A DNA stretch of 63,006 nucleotides, the filler included, from Choristocarpus tenellus KU-1152 (lineage: Eukaryota > Protista > Phaeophyceae): the NCBI GenBank assembly GCA_964200185.2. It is 15 parts of 15 records of this genome, joined end to end, with 100 filler letters (N's around TTAATTAATTAA, not from the genome) between each part and the next. Parts side by side here need not be neighbours in the genome. Positions count along the whole stretch, not along the records: positions 10,551 to 14,721 come from CAXNAD020015860.1; positions 14,822 to 17,938 come from CAXNAD020022207.1; positions 18,039 to 21,546 come from CAXNAD020019552.1; positions 21,647 to 26,400 come from CAXNAD020013184.1; positions 26,501 to 29,738 come from CAXNAD020021335.1; 10 more parts are not named here. One strand, written 5' to 3'. Below the pieces are notes generated by a model. The model did no database searches, was not told the origin of the DNA, and worked only from the letters and a program-made list of their open reading frames with translations. Below, one piece after another: positions 13,055 through 26,711 of the stretch (position 1 is the first letter of the stretch; each line of letters begins with the position of its first letter). Both the position numbers and the translations under genes were made by a program.

Positions 13055-14330
13055 TATTATTGTCATGTCCTCTGACATTCTGCAGATGCATCAAGGAAAA
13101 GTCAAACTAATATTACAAGGACTCCTAAAAAGTAAGAACACTTGTCATAAATGTGAAAGATATCTCTCCAAAAATATTTACTATTTGAGTACCACCTGTA
13201 CTACAACACTCCCTTAAAGACTCGTAATTACAATGTTGTGTTTACACTACTGCTGTGCCTTCAACCTAGCTTACGCCTACATAACTGGGCGAGGAGCTAG
13301 GGAAGTATCCCAGGAATATGACAGACCCCTCCTTGCCCGTCTCCCTGGTGTCTACAGCTTGAGACGCATGACACCTCTTGAGAGAGCAGCTTGTGCGGTG
13401 ACATACACTATCTGTCATAAGCGGGATTTGACAGCCCCTTTCCCGCTATAACTGCGTGCCCCTCTCCCCCCTACTTCCTGTGTAGTCAGCTCATCCAGAC
13501 ACCTTTCTGCTTGCTTACCCCGAGGCGCCCAAAATTTTCCACTGTGACGGTGTTGAGGGTAAAACTACAAGGGTGAACAGAAACCTCGTAGTGGGTGCAT
13601 TTTCATGTCTCAGATACACTAGCACCTACACCATTGCTGCCGGATGATTGTGGTAGATGGGATGCTTCTTGCACTACTGCAAGTGCAACATCCACGAGGA
13701 GGAGGCCTTTTCCTGGTGGGGAGATGATCCAGCGACCGCAAGTACCCCAACATGGAAGGCCACATCCATGCGGAAATTCCTTTCCACTCTGAATTGATAC
13801 CGTCCCTCCATAGTGCAAGGGATATCTATTCCCTTGCAAAGTTGACTTAGGCGCTTAACCATTGGCGTGTTGTGGGGTTCCTGTCCCCCTAGAAAATATC
13901 AACTATATTTTTTTCCCTACGGAAACCTCTCTGTTTTGGCCCATGGTAGTCAGAGTGGTTGGTCTTTGCGGATTAGTGGTATTTTATATTATGCCCTCTG
14001 ACATTCTGCAGATGTGTCAGGAAAAAACCAAAGCTATTTCAGAAGGACCCCTGTAAAAGGAACAGTTAGTTGCTGCTAAAGCAAAAGATACCTCTGCAAA
14101 AAAAAATACTGTTTGAAAACTCAAAATACGGTAAGGATCTTAATGGTTTATCACTACAATGCAATGTGTAAACAGCTGGATACTATGCCTCTAACCTAGG
14201 TTGTTAGCCCTACCAAGGTGGGCGAGGAGCTAGGGGAGCATCCCAAGAATCTGACGGTTCTTTCCCATCTGCCTGGTGTCTCTTAGCTGAAGACGCATGA
14301 CATGTCTCGAGAGAGACTTTTGTGTAGTGA
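13055..14330 (-). repeat. Two diverged direct copies (about 13055-13400 and 13984-14330) of a repeat that ends in the stem-loop/(TAA)n motif
   Basis: Shared blocks GGGCGAGGAGCTAGGG, CCTGGTGTCT, AGACGCATGACA and TGCCCTCTGACATT. The inner block recurs inverted at about 27340-27470 and 28460-28520. Confidence 0.75.
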
Positions 14331-17300
14331 TTGGTGATATTGATATGCTGTATGCCCAACAGGTATGCTTCTGATCGTAAGAGGACATCATTTGATGAAG
14401 CGCGCAAGTCACCATGGTTTGTAATCTATTTTACATGTGAACATACAGATCGCCACTATTATTCTCACTATTTTAATAAAATTCAGAACACGAAATTATT
14501 AGCGAGTAAGCAAGGAGAGTAGATGCAACAATTTGTGGGGGTTGACCTTAATTTGTCGGTACTCTAAACCACTAAATATATCCATTTAGCGAGTGTGACA
14601 GAAGACTACTACTGTAGTTGTGACGCTTACTAAAAATATCAGAAGCATGTTATTTTATTATTATGCCCTCTGACATTTTGCAGATGTGTCAGGGGGGAAA
14701 CCGATGAAAACTATATATATGNNNNNNNNNNNNNNNNNNNNNNNNNNNNNNNNNNNNNNNNNNNNTTAATTAATTAANNNNNNNNNNNNNNNNNNNNNNN
14801 NNNNNNNNNNNNNNNNNNNNNCGTTTTCGCAAAACAACCATCCTCGTAGTCCCGCTCCATCCCCAATTTTGAAAATCCTCTGTTAGTTGTTTGAAGTTGC
14901 ACCCTACCATTTATCTCCCTAGTACCGATTCTCGTCCTTGCCTGTGTGTGTGGTCGCATATATTTATTAAAAAAATGAAATTTCCTGAAAAAATAGTGAT
15001 ACTAGTATGGGCTCTTTGGTCCCTCTTGTGCATACATGGTAAAAAGTAAAAAAGACATGTAACTCCTGCTTATTATCCATCCGACTGTCTATCTGTCTGT
15101 TACCAATACCGACTCTCGGCCTCACGTGTAGTATGTAGTAGAAGCAATAGGTATTGGTTTCGATACAACACCTTGACTTCAACATGAGCTCCCTTGTGTG
15201 CAAACATATTAGCAAGGAGTTGCACCATTGTCCCTCCTCTCCCCTGTCCGATGTGCAACCCTTGAGGGGTACAGTCCGTCCTGGAGGGGTATTTATGACT
15301 ACGAATCATATTCTATCCTTGGTACACCACCAAAACGTCGAACCAAGAAAGACGAGGTGGCAGCGCTTCATTGCCAAGCAGGTCTAGCCCAAGATTCGAG
15401 GAAAGATGTGGAGCAACACAAAGTGAGATTGCTGAATCCGATGGACGAGAAGGAAGGTATGAACAGAGACAGTTCAATTGGTTGCAGTGCAATATATATA
15501 TATATATGTAGTGCTTCTGAGCATGGTTTGGGACAGTCCCAAGAACAAAGTGACCATAATAGTCAGAATAACACCAAGAAAACAACGGTGTGATTGTCGG
15601 AAACCTTTTTCAATCAGTTAACACAAAAAAGTAATGCCCCCGCTCGTCACGAATAAACGCTCGCACAAAACTTGACACTGTGCAGCGTTCGTACTAACGC
15701 ACACACTATGCTAAGTTTGTGTGCTTCGCACGCGTGAGTTCGAATCTCACCGGTATCGCCAATGTGAATGCGTGGTTCACTCAGACAAGGGTGGCGAAGA
15801 GAATCACCGGGAAAGACGGACCAGACGAGGGTAAGGTTGGACAAGTGAAAAACGAGGAATGACGAGCATCTTCAGAGATGGGACTTCATCACCACAAGTC
15901 AAGACGTGAGAATAAAGTGAATCTTTCATGTGTGACAACTCTGAATGACGACCTGTCCCAAGTCTGTGAGATTGGTCTCGTGAAGAGAATCCATGGTTTC
16001 GTTCTGATGGAAGGTCCGCCAGTGGAATCATGGATGCTTGACGAGGAACCTCAATCGGTACAACGGCATATAGCGCACGAAATAACGGTATAACAACAAA
16101 CATGCTTTCCACAGATGGGACAATTAAAAAAAAATTAAAAATGGATTGTAACGATAATAAAAAACTAGTACGGACACATGAATATATGTAGAAGCAGAAT
16201 AAAAAAACAAACTTCTCACCAACTTGCACTAGATACTAATCTCCTTTAGATTTTCTACATAGCCAAGTTTTTCCTCCCGATTTCAAGGACGTCACTTTTT
16301 GGCAAATAGAACTTTTCAGTTCACAGTGGAAGGGGCAATCAATGGTACGCAATCAACCTGACGGTAGCATTGGCACCTTTTAAGAATAAATAAGAAATTC
16401 GGGGATGAGCAACGCACTGCATGCATGAACTAAATCCTTCACTCTTTCCAACACAAAAAGAAATCGAAACTCTATGCAACTTACCACACCATCTGCATTT
16501 TCACAAAACACTCTGGCGCATCCAGCAGTCCTCTGTAGAGGAACACCTTTTGCTGGACAACACCATGTTTCACTGTCAAGCAGCAAAGTAACCTTGCCCC
16601 TTCATAATTTCTTAACACGGATACAGGGTTTCCTCGGCCACCAACTGCTCCTCTTCTTCAAAACACTTTGTCCCCACATTCTTCACAGTGTCACTTCACA
16701 CACACACGAGAACAAAAAACAAAATTGAAGTACTTTCGCCACTGTTTTCGGTGAGGTGACGGGCAAAACAATCGATCGGCGCAGTACAGCGGGACAAGAA
16801 CAAAGATAAGAAATAAGAAAATGAGATGAAAAATGATACCATGGTCAAAGAAATCACCTTCGCTATAAAAAAAAAGATGAAAGCTATATGATAATGCACG
16901 TACATGACCTAAAAAGAGCCTATCTATGCATCACGCTCAAGAAAGGACCTCAGCCTTTTTACTCCTTCCCCTTATTATGAGGCAAGGACATCGCCTGCGA
17001 ATGACGCACAATATCATGGAGCTGGATTCGACCTTTCCCACCTGCTGCAACACAACAGAAGTGAGACCTTAGCCTCATCCCCCACCTATTTTGCCTTGAT
17101 TCCAACACACAAAACATGTCAAGAGGAGAGGTGAGCTGGTCGAGGCTGCAGTGAAAAATCTGCAATAAAGAATCTGCAGATTCAACCACCTAGTCGACTG
17201 AAGATTCTTGAGAACAAGTTGCTTCTCACACCTGTTGCCGATTCTTGCTCTGCACGAGGGTCCTCCACTCACTAACTTGACTAACTCGTTGAAGAAGATC

Positions 17301-18149
17301 AAAATAATATAAACCCAAAGAGATGGGGTTCCAAAAAAGCTCCTCCTCACACATCATCTCCAGGAGGAACTTGTCACACTTTTTATTTTTATTTTTCGAG
17401 TGTTCTTAATAATTATTCCGACTCTTCACAATGAGTCCCGCCACCACATCACATTGAGTCACCTCCCTATCCTTCCCCCACTAACATCCCACCCAAGGAT
17501 GTATATAAAAGAAAGAAAAGGAATAAAGAGCAAGAACTGCAGAGAGGCCAAACATTGCTGGATGTTGATTGGATGCACCACCTGAAACAATTTGAGCAGC
17601 CAGAAAAGAGGACAGCCTCGGCTGTTGTCCACATCAGAGACCACAAGGAAAGGAAAGAGCCAAAAACCAAGCGTCTCCAACACCAACTCTCCTTTCGTCA
17701 CCCACTATGCAGGAACATCACGCAGCCCCAGAGATGATAACTCGTTCCCCTTCAACCCCATCAATCGGAGTTGTCTCAAGGACATCCTTTCTTAGCTCCC
17801 TCTGAATTAATTAAGACCTCTCTGAAAAAAACACACATAAGCATCACACACTCCAGTTTCAAGAATGCAGCACCCCCCCCCCCCCCACCTCCCCAAACTA
17901 CACCCCCCCCAAACCCACCCCCCCCACAACCCCTCCCCNNNNNNNNNNNNNNNNNNNNNNNNNNNNNNNNNNNNNNNNNNNNTTAATTAATTAANNNNNN
18001 NNNNNNNNNNNNNNNNNNNNNNNNNNNNNNNNNNNNNNAGGAAAAAATTGATCCCAAACGGACAGCCACCCCCCCCCCTCAGATACTTTGAGTCGGAGCA
18101 CTAGTGATGATCAGCGCTTAGGTCGCACTCTAGTCCAAGGGTTTTGGTA

Positions 18150-19190
18150 CGTCAAGTAATCTATTGGGGAGTGTTGTAGGGATAGTGTCCAGGGCGGTTA
18201 AAATTCATCATTCCTTACTATCATGTCTTATTCAACAACTTGCCTCCAAGGTGCTTGGACAACCAGAAAAAGGTGGACTCTAAATCTTTGTTATATGCGC
18301 ATTTGTTAAAAGGAGTGAAATATTTTTCCTATGGTAAATGTAATATTTTGAAGAGAAAATATATATGCATGCTTCTCACAGGTGGAATCACTCTGTGTTA
18401 ATGTCTCCGGATAAGAGCAATCTTTCTAGTCCACGATTCTAAAGTCGTCTAATAGATCAGCTCTAAATATCGCCTCAGTCCAAGTGAAATCTGTGCTAAC
18501 GGGTGTAAAGCGCAGTGAGAAAATGGCGTGGACTAGCCTGTCTCCTACGTGTCTCCCGGGGTCTGAGTGGATGAAGCTCAGTGAGTAAAAGTATCTTAGA
18601 GGGTACGAATTTTTCCCTGTTTGTCCATTTGGGGCTTGGCTTCCCACGGATTCTTTTATGACATTTTCCTACTCCAAAATGGTTCGGAGTAGGGAAAGTG
18701 TATACGTTACGAAAAGGTGTGATCAAAACATGGATATTGACACTTCCTAACAAACGCAATATCCGATATTACATCAAAATCGCAACATTGGATTTTAGTC
18801 CCCAAATGGACGCGACTCTACCCTCTAAGATACTTTGGCTTAGTATCACCACAGCTTTTGCACATAAAGTCATCTATTGGGGAGAGTTGTGGGAATAGTG
18901 TCAAGGGTGGTTGGAAGACTCATCATCCCTTACTATCACCTCTTTTTCAACAACTTACCTCCAAGGTGCTTGGGTAACCAGTAAGTTGGACTGTTAAATT
19001 TTTATTTTATATGCACAGTTGTTTAAAAGAAAGAATGAAGTAAAATATTATACCCGAGGTAAATAATATTTTGAAAAGGTATGCATGCTTCTCACAGATA
19101 GGACCAGCCTGTGTTTGTGTCCGGATGAGAGCAGTCCTTCTACTTCGTGAGACTCAAGTCGCTAACTAGATCAACTCTGAAAATACCACC
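18150..19190. repeat. Diverged direct repeat (about 18155-18480 and 18868-19190) downstream of Gypsy pol, with a MITE between the copies
   Basis: CTATTGGGGAG..GTTGT, CCTCCAAGGTGCTTGG and ATGCATGCTTCTCACAG occur in both copies. Confidence 0.8.
18583..18841. mobile_element. MITE, long subfamily (about 258 bp), TIR GAGYSAAAGTATCTTAGAGGGTA, TSD AGT
   Basis: Complete copy in reverse orientation relative to the 44216 and 46822 copies, with AGT on both flanks. Confidence 0.85.
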
Positions 19191-19221
19191 TGGACTGAGC
19201 CTATGTATGGTCTTCAAGAAT

Positions 19222-21546
19222 CTATCGGCGTCGCTTCCGCCATTTTGGTAGTGAAAAAGAAATATCTTCTCTATCTGTGGAATCTGTTGGCAACTCACCA
19301 GGCCGGCAACCCACTAGTATAGAGGCATTCATCGCACTTTCCAGTCCACAAGGAGTGGTGTCACAAGCGTTAGCGGAGGCTTGGTTGCTATTCAGTGGAC
19401 ATCCGGTTGGCGGTACTACAAGATCTTCGGCTGTTGTAGTGGCAGGTGTCTTTTGATTATGACAAGTCGCTTGGTCAATGGCTCTTACATTAGGGAGGTC
19501 CAACTTGTTCTCATCCCTATAGGCTGCGATCATCTCTGCGCATTCAGGTATTTCAGCGGGTTTGCGGCATACATCACTGGCCGGTGAATATCCCTGAAGG
19601 TGAAGCCGGTACAAATAATTGCGGGTAGTCTTTCTTCCTACACCACGTTTATGATCAACAATGCCCTCTAGATTGTACGATCCAATAGTTGGCTGTGTCT
19701 TTGACCCCTGATCAAGATTCGGTTCGGGTAAAATCCAGCCTAAAAAGAGTGAATTAAGGGCATCAATGTCAGGCTCTTTGGCTTTTCCCTCCTTGTAGGG
19801 TTTAAGTCTGGCCACATGAACTGTCACTTCACGTCGATCTTCGAAGCGTTTTACATGCCTTCGCTTCATAAGGTCCTCTCCAAGGGGACAATAACTTGGC
19901 GTTTGATGCATCAGCTGAGGAACGTGGTCGGTGAAGCTACACTTTATCTCCGGGTCCGTATAGTGGGAGTTTATGGTTCACGATCTTCGATTAGTTCCTT
20001 AAAACCATCTCACCAATATTACAACAGGCTAATTCATAGGCTAGCTGTAAATTCTCCACTGTTTTCATACTGTATTCTTGTGCAGTTTTGGGGTGGCCTC
20101 AGGGACCCCCAAAATAAGATCAATAGGTAAGATTGGGCGCCTCCCAAACATAAGAAAATATGGGATTTCTTGAAAAGTAGTATAATAAGCTGTATTATGT
20201 GCTAGCTGTACAAAGGGCAATAATAGGGCCCATCAGACTGGTCCATATTTGAATACATGGCCTGCATAACATGCATTGTAGAACGAATACGTTCACATAT
20301 ACTATTGCCTTGCGGTCGATATGCCATTGTCTTGGTTTTATGATACCCATACACTTTACGCAACTCAACCAGGAGTTAATTCTCAAATTCTTTGCCTTAG
20401 TCTGAGTGGAGTGTTTCAGGAGGACCAAAGATGGAAAAAATACAGTCGACGAGAGCTTTAGCCACGGTTTTTTCTTGCTTTTTTGCAATACCAACCAAGA
20501 TTGCGAATCTTGTAAGATGGTCTACGGCGGATAACACATATTTTGCACCGTCTGACGTGGTCTTATATTTAACTAGGTCAATAGCAAGTCGTTGAAATGG
20601 ACGTGTGACAGGCACATGTCCTGTTGGTAATGGGGTGAGAGTGTACGAGGTATTACGCCTTTGACAGTACTGGCAAGTTTCACACCACTTCCTCCCATCT
20701 TTATGTAAGGTTGGCCATCAAACTCTATCGCGAACCTGGTCAAAGATTTTTTGAAAGCAAGATGGCCGGCAACTTTATGGTCATGTAGGGCGTGTAAAAA
20801 TAAACCCTGGACCTCCGATGGGGCTACTAACTGATCTCGAAATTCTCCATTTTTCCGAAGGTGACCAGGCTGATACGACCGGTAGAGTAAAAGTCTATTT
20901 TCTCGTTCTTGAGTGAAAAAATATGACATGGTGTAGGCTGTTTCCTTACTGGGTAATGCTGTATTGCTTGGGTCTGCCAGGTATTGAAAATAAGCTTCAA
21001 ACTGCTCATGTTGAGTCTTGGCTAGAACATCCGTATCAATTACAGGGAAAACATTTGATGGAGCTTGCCAAGATCTCGGAGTCATTTGCCACTTTAGTAA
21101 TTTCACCAGGTCGATCCACAGACAATTCATAGGCAAGGTATACCTTACTTGCTTGAGAAGTTGCCTCAGTTGTTATTGTACCCACATTTCGACATACAGG
21201 GATTAGGGATGCTGGTTCAGATTAATGTTTACCAAATTTTTCCAGTTGAGGACGTCACAACATATCTGGGATATACTATAGTCTGCCAGGCTTATGAAGG
21301 ACGGTAAAATCAAAACTTTGCAAAGCTAAGGCCTATCGAGTTAAGAGATTGGACGTATCTTGCATTGCATGCAGCCACCTTAAAGCTGAATGGCCACTAA
21401 CAACTGTGAAATGTTTACCCCAAACATATGGTCTCCAGTGTGGGATTGCCAGAATAACTGTACGACACTCTTTTTGTGTGGCAGAATATTTACGTTGGGA
21501 GGGGGAAAGTAAGGCACTATGGTATGCAATTATGGCTCAAAGTATG
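19222..21546 (-). mobile_element. Ty3/Gypsy LTR retrotransposon pol remnant (RNase H, integrase, chromodomain)
   Basis: RPYVWGKHFTVV (RNase H); HDHKVAGH (integrase zinc finger); RPFQRLAIDLV...VDHLTRF...FGPPETLHSD (integrase core); VHVARLKPY; YNLEGIVDHK...YLYRLHLQGY (chromodomain). Several frameshifts. Confidence 0.92.
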
Positions 21547-21669
21547 NNNNNNNNNNNNNNNNNNNNNNNNNNNNNNNNNNNNNNNNNNNNTTAATTAATT
21601 AANNNNNNNNNNNNNNNNNNNNNNNNNNNNNNNNNNNNNNNNNNNNGATTCAAAAGTACTGCAGACTCA

Positions 21670-22088
21670 CCTCGGGAAACCTGGGCCCCTTGAGAGACTT
21701 TGCTTTCCCTGCCCCCGGTCTCGAATGGAGTTGCTCCATGATTTTCTCTTCTTCAGCCTGGATTTTCCTCACCGTCCTTTCGGCGATGTTGGATTTTTTG
21801 CAACGAAAGTGACTTTGAGCTTCTTGTTCTTGAGGTGGTCAAGCACTTCTGACTTGGTGTCCAATGTCAAGTTGGACCGCTTTGATCCATGGCCCCTCCT
21901 GGAAGGGGCACTAGATTTCTTCCCGCAGCTGTCAGCTGCAGCACCAGACAAGCTACCATTCAGCGAGCCGAGCGATGAAGCCGATAACAATGCGCCCTTG
22001 CCGTCAGCGCCTGCAACTTGTTGCAGTGCCAAGCACTCCCCCTCACACAAACGTTTGCAGTCATTGTCGAGTTTGGGATCCTTTACAC
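21670..22088 (-). mobile_element. CENP-B/pogo-like N-terminal HTH fragment
   Basis: KRSNLTLDTKSEVLDHLKNKK, then after a frame change KAKSLKGPRFPE and a GTGAG donor. Confidence 0.5.
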
Positions 22089-22394
22089 NNNNNNNNNNGG
22101 ACACGGTGTATTTGAAGGTATCTTGCAGAGGTTTCCCGCGGCACAAGGCATGGCTTCCCCTTTATTCCCCTACCAGCAACGTACTGTACTGCTGTGTGGT
22201 CATGACTCAGGAAGAAAGGCACTTTTCGCGAGAAAAGCGCGCCAAACTCGCGTGAATATCTCCCCGATTTTGTATCAAGTCGCCCGAATACGAGAATTTC
22301 GGTACAAAAGCCTATTTTTTGAGTATGTCGAAAAAAGCGGTACAAAAATGGGTTTGGTACATAATATTTGGTATGAAATCGGGGTAGGTACTGT

Positions 22395-22477
22395 ATAGCT
22401 AAAATTACATCAAAATTGCAACATTGGATTTTGGCCTTCAAATGGACGCGGCTCTACCCTCTAAGATACTTTGACTC
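22395..22477. mobile_element. Single terminus of the long CAAAGTATCT family
   Basis: ACCCTCTAAGATACTTTGACTC with the family subterminal sequence. The inner sequence diverges from the 258-bp MITE. Confidence 0.75.
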
Positions 22478-25400
22478 AACACCATATTAAATTTCATGTT
22501 CATGCCAAAATGTTTTACCCTCGGATATTGAAGCCCAAAGAACACCCAAGACAAGTGTCAGTGGATCACTGACTTGTGTTATTGAATGCCACCCGCCAAC
22601 CTGATCCTATGGTATTAGAGAAGTGCAAACTATTCCAAGTGTTGCTGACCCAGCCCAAACAGTCGCTGCTCTCCCTCGCAAAGACTATACCTGTGAACTA
22701 CATATTACAGCCATGCACAATCAACACAGTTAAGTAATCCAAATAGACCAGTTCGACATACACCTGCTGTAGCGCTGCAATTAGGATCAGCTGATACATG
22801 CATATCTTTCTATGTTCTTCTCCTGTTAGATTCTGGTTTTCTGGCGGTGTCTAGCCTACCTGCATAGCCCAGATACAATCAGTCCGTCCTAGTACAAGGA
22901 GCTCTATCATATTGTTTATATCAATAACAGAAGAGAGGTGCCCCCAAATGTATAGTATTTGTTGTGCTATTGAACTCTTCCCCATCTGAATAGCAAGAAT
23001 GTGGAGTGTTCGCTTGGAGTGTGCTGTCAAAATCTATCCTTCATGGAGAGTTTGAGTGCAACGAACAAGAGTATATTTCGTGCCATAATTCCTGCTTGCT
23101 ATTCCATACCTATTTCATGGCGATTTTGATTCAAAATCGGACGCATTTACATGTTTTGTGGATCAAACTGGATCTTTGACTGCAATTTCATCCTACTGTA
23201 CGGAGCAGAAGATTTTCTTTATTTATCATACCTCGTGTTGGGTATAAACTTAACCAGCTTAACCAGCTTGAGAGCTTGAGTTATAAAACGATTACATCAC
23301 ATCTGATGTGCAGGCTTAGAGAGCAGATGAAGCTACTTATCGTCAGAATCACACACATAGCTCTACTAAATTGTTCTATATATTGTAGAGTACAGCAAAC
23401 TCCTTTGCATTACACCTTTGAGTGGGATGATAGAACCTCGTCTCTGTCGCTTGCATGTAAAAATGAGACTCCTGAGAGAAGCACAAAGATTGTCCTTGGT
23501 GAAGAAAAGTCTCTCCTCCAAAGCAGAAGGACGCGTGATTTTCTTACTGCATTCCACAACATTACTTGTTCAGTCCTCTACCATAGTAGATAGACTCTGT
23601 ATGACTATCAAATACTGTGGTGAATACTCTCCCAAATACATTACATGTGGATCATGCATGTATGGTGTGTAGGTAGTACGAATCACTCACAAGATACACC
23701 AAGAGACCTTGCAAGGCCCTAACAGCAACAAAATCTGAGTCGACCATACTTGAGGGCAAGTCTTCTCTATCAGTCGACCAAGTTCATGTAATTTTTTGTA
23801 CAACTCACTCTGCTGAACTTCATGGGTTGGAAGGGAGAAAATATATGCGGGAGAGGGTAGAATGAATGCTCTATGCTGATTGCAAAATTACTGTTGACAA
23901 AGCCCCTCACCTCCTTCCGTTCCCGGAGCACATAGTGTGTTCCATTTACATACCCATGAGAGTATTGTTGTAGGTGTTTCAAGTTGGCCATGCGCGTTTT
24001 TCTTTGTGAGTTGGATGAGCGATCAAGGATTTGATAGTTGCCAAATTGTGAAGCACCTGTTCAGGTCTTGATGTATAGCCTCTTGGGACATGAGAAGGAT
24101 AACACATAGGTGGTATATGTTGAGTACAACTAGAGAGAATAGCGTGGTCCCATACTTTATTCCATATACACAGGTCCAATACACGGTCTTGCATGCCTTG
24201 TCACTTGAATGAGCCAGAAGATCCACCAAGGTGACCTAATCTAGGAGGAAAGTATGGACATACATTTCACCAATCACAGACCCCCATTTCAGTGAATACA
24301 ACAACGGGGTGTATTTTAGAGAGTACCTTTCTCGATATATCACGAATCCTTTATCGCTTGTCCATGCCTCACAAAATACATCCTCACTGAAATACAGCCT
24401 TGGCAGGAAAACGACGGATATAGGAAGATTATTCTAAATGTTGTGAGAGTTCCACGTGCAAACAATGGATTAGGGTCAGGGTTCAAATCTTTGTTGTCAT
24501 CCATTGTAGGTTGTAGAGCGACAAAACACTGTTTAGTTGGGGAGGAAGTGATGCTATAGATAGATGGTTTCAACAACCAATGGAGCACCCACCCCTGCCA
24601 CCCCCCAATCTCATCATGCATCTCATTCATGGCTCTTGGACAAACTTGTTGTAGGTGGTAGGAGCAGGAAGAGGATAGCTTTAGGTCGGGGTGGAAGTGA
24701 TGCTATGTGTGGATCATTCAAAGTAATCACCAGGGCCCCCCTCCCTCATTCTACATGCATCATATTTCTCGTTCAAGCTTGTTGTTGCTGCTTGTTGTAT
24801 TAATAGTCACCCCTTGTAGGTGATACCCGGAAGACAGTTTTAAGGGTGTTTAGGAGTGATGCTATATGTGGGTAGTAGCAACCCCTTCCCCCCTCTACCC
24901 CCTTCAACCCAGTTAGGGTTAGGGTTCAAATCTTTGTTGCAATACTTTGTACTGTACAGCAGGCTGTAGAAGGAAGATGGAAGAAAGTGGGTACGGAAGT
25001 GATGCTGTTATATCTGTCACTCAAATACCACCACCCTCTCATCGAAAAACATTTGAAAGCATGCACCTTGTTCACATCTTTTGTAGCAATGCATTTTGTG
25101 TGGTACTTGGAAGAGAAGACACCTATTGGCTGATCATCTGCGTGGATAATTTCTAATCATTGCCAAGCAATACCCTCCCAACCACATTGCTGTTCAAAGC
25201 TCTCAAATATCTATTCAACTCTCATCTTGTAGCAGACTGAGATGTTTAACGGTGTCTTGGCCTGTTGATCATTTACCAGGCTCCATGTGCCATCCCCTGC
25301 TGCTGAAAATTCAACGCTTGTGCAGGATAGCAGTGGGCAACTACAACAAACTACTACTAACAATACTGTTACTGTCATCACTAAGGCAAGATTTAACAGT

Positions 25401-26526
25401 ACATGTGACGTCATCTTGTCTACTGCTTTGCATGCAACAGCAGTAGTGGTAGTAGAAAAGAATAGATAAGGAAGGATTAGTGCTCCTCGTTGGAATGGAT
25501 GTTGTCCTCAGGTTATATCAAGAGGATATCGAGAGGATGACTGCCAATCTAACAATCTGTATTCTAGTATCACCCCCATTGAGGTCACAACCAATCACTG
25601 TTACATACTACTATATTTGGTAGCGTTAATGCTATTGTTGACACACACAATACAAGTGTATATACAGAGGGCAGTTCCCTCTTCTTGTCAACAACATGGG
25701 GAGTCTGAGCGCTGGGGCTATCCACTATCAAGCTTACCTTGCCATGAAGACGCAAGTTCGCTCCTCGTATGTACACATACACAATCACGACTCACTCTGT
25801 AGAGTCATTTGTCTGTCTTGTGAAATGAGTTCTTCAAATTGAACAATAATTGTGTCATTGTGTGTATACTAGTGTACGTACCTACGTGTAATCACACTAT
25901 TTTTTATATTGTCGGTAGAATTTGTTTTACTGTGATAGAGACAGGTAGGGTTTTGATCTCAATTTGTGTTATCGGCAAACCTTTCCAAAAACATTGCATT
26001 GAAAAAAAGAAAAGAGCACTATTCCATTTCAGTACAAAAAAAAATCAGAACGACCTCCAAAATAGATACCAAACCATACATTGTATTTTTTCAAGCTCTT
26101 TTTGTTTACGCTGTTGTTTACAACCCTAACCCTAACCGTTCTCGAGCGCGTTGGTGCTTTCCCCCTTCCCTAACACTACCACTGTACCTTACCAGCCTAG
26201 TCCCCACCCATCATCATCGGGGATGTGCATTCATCCCTTACAATGCTCGGTAGGTGGGTGCTGGCAGGGGGTAAACCAGCAATACCAGCCCTCGGATTCA
26301 TCAGGCGAGGGGAGCTGGATACGGCGTACAAGAAGGAAACAGAGGAAAGACCTGCAGGGATTGGGAAGTTGCCTTCATTGACCCAAAGTATCTGGGGGGG
26401 NNNNNNNNNNNNNNNNNNNNNNNNNNNNNNNNNNNNNNNNNNNNTTAATTAATTAANNNNNNNNNNNNNNNNNNNNNNNNNNNNNNNNNNNNNNNNNNNN
26501 ATTACTATTGTGTAATATGCCTTTTT

Positions 26527-26711
26527 TGTCTGAAGTACCTGGGGTGGTGGTGGTGATGGCTGTCCATTCGGGGTCCATTTTTCCATGTAATGTCGTGATT
26601 TTTGGGTGATTTGGTTGCATGTGTCGGATGGATAATGTAAGTGCACTTTTCCTGGTGAGGGCCCGAAGGGACACCCTGGTGTAGACCCCCCCCTCCCGGA
26701 TACTTTGAGTC
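26527..26711. mobile_element. Short-subfamily MITE in reverse orientation, TTT flanks
   Basis: Matches the reverse complement of 11105-11284. Confidence 0.8.

Noticed and set aside
14651-14720. Hammerhead ribozyme in the stem-loop repeat
   Set aside because: It has CTGACA rather than the CTGANGA core, and no consistent GAAA/stem III across copies.
24544-25010. CRISPR-like or C/D snoRNA array
   Set aside because: The core is only about 12 bp and imperfect, the spacers are about 135 bp and related to one another, there are no cas genes, and there are no proper RTGATGA/CTGA box pairs.
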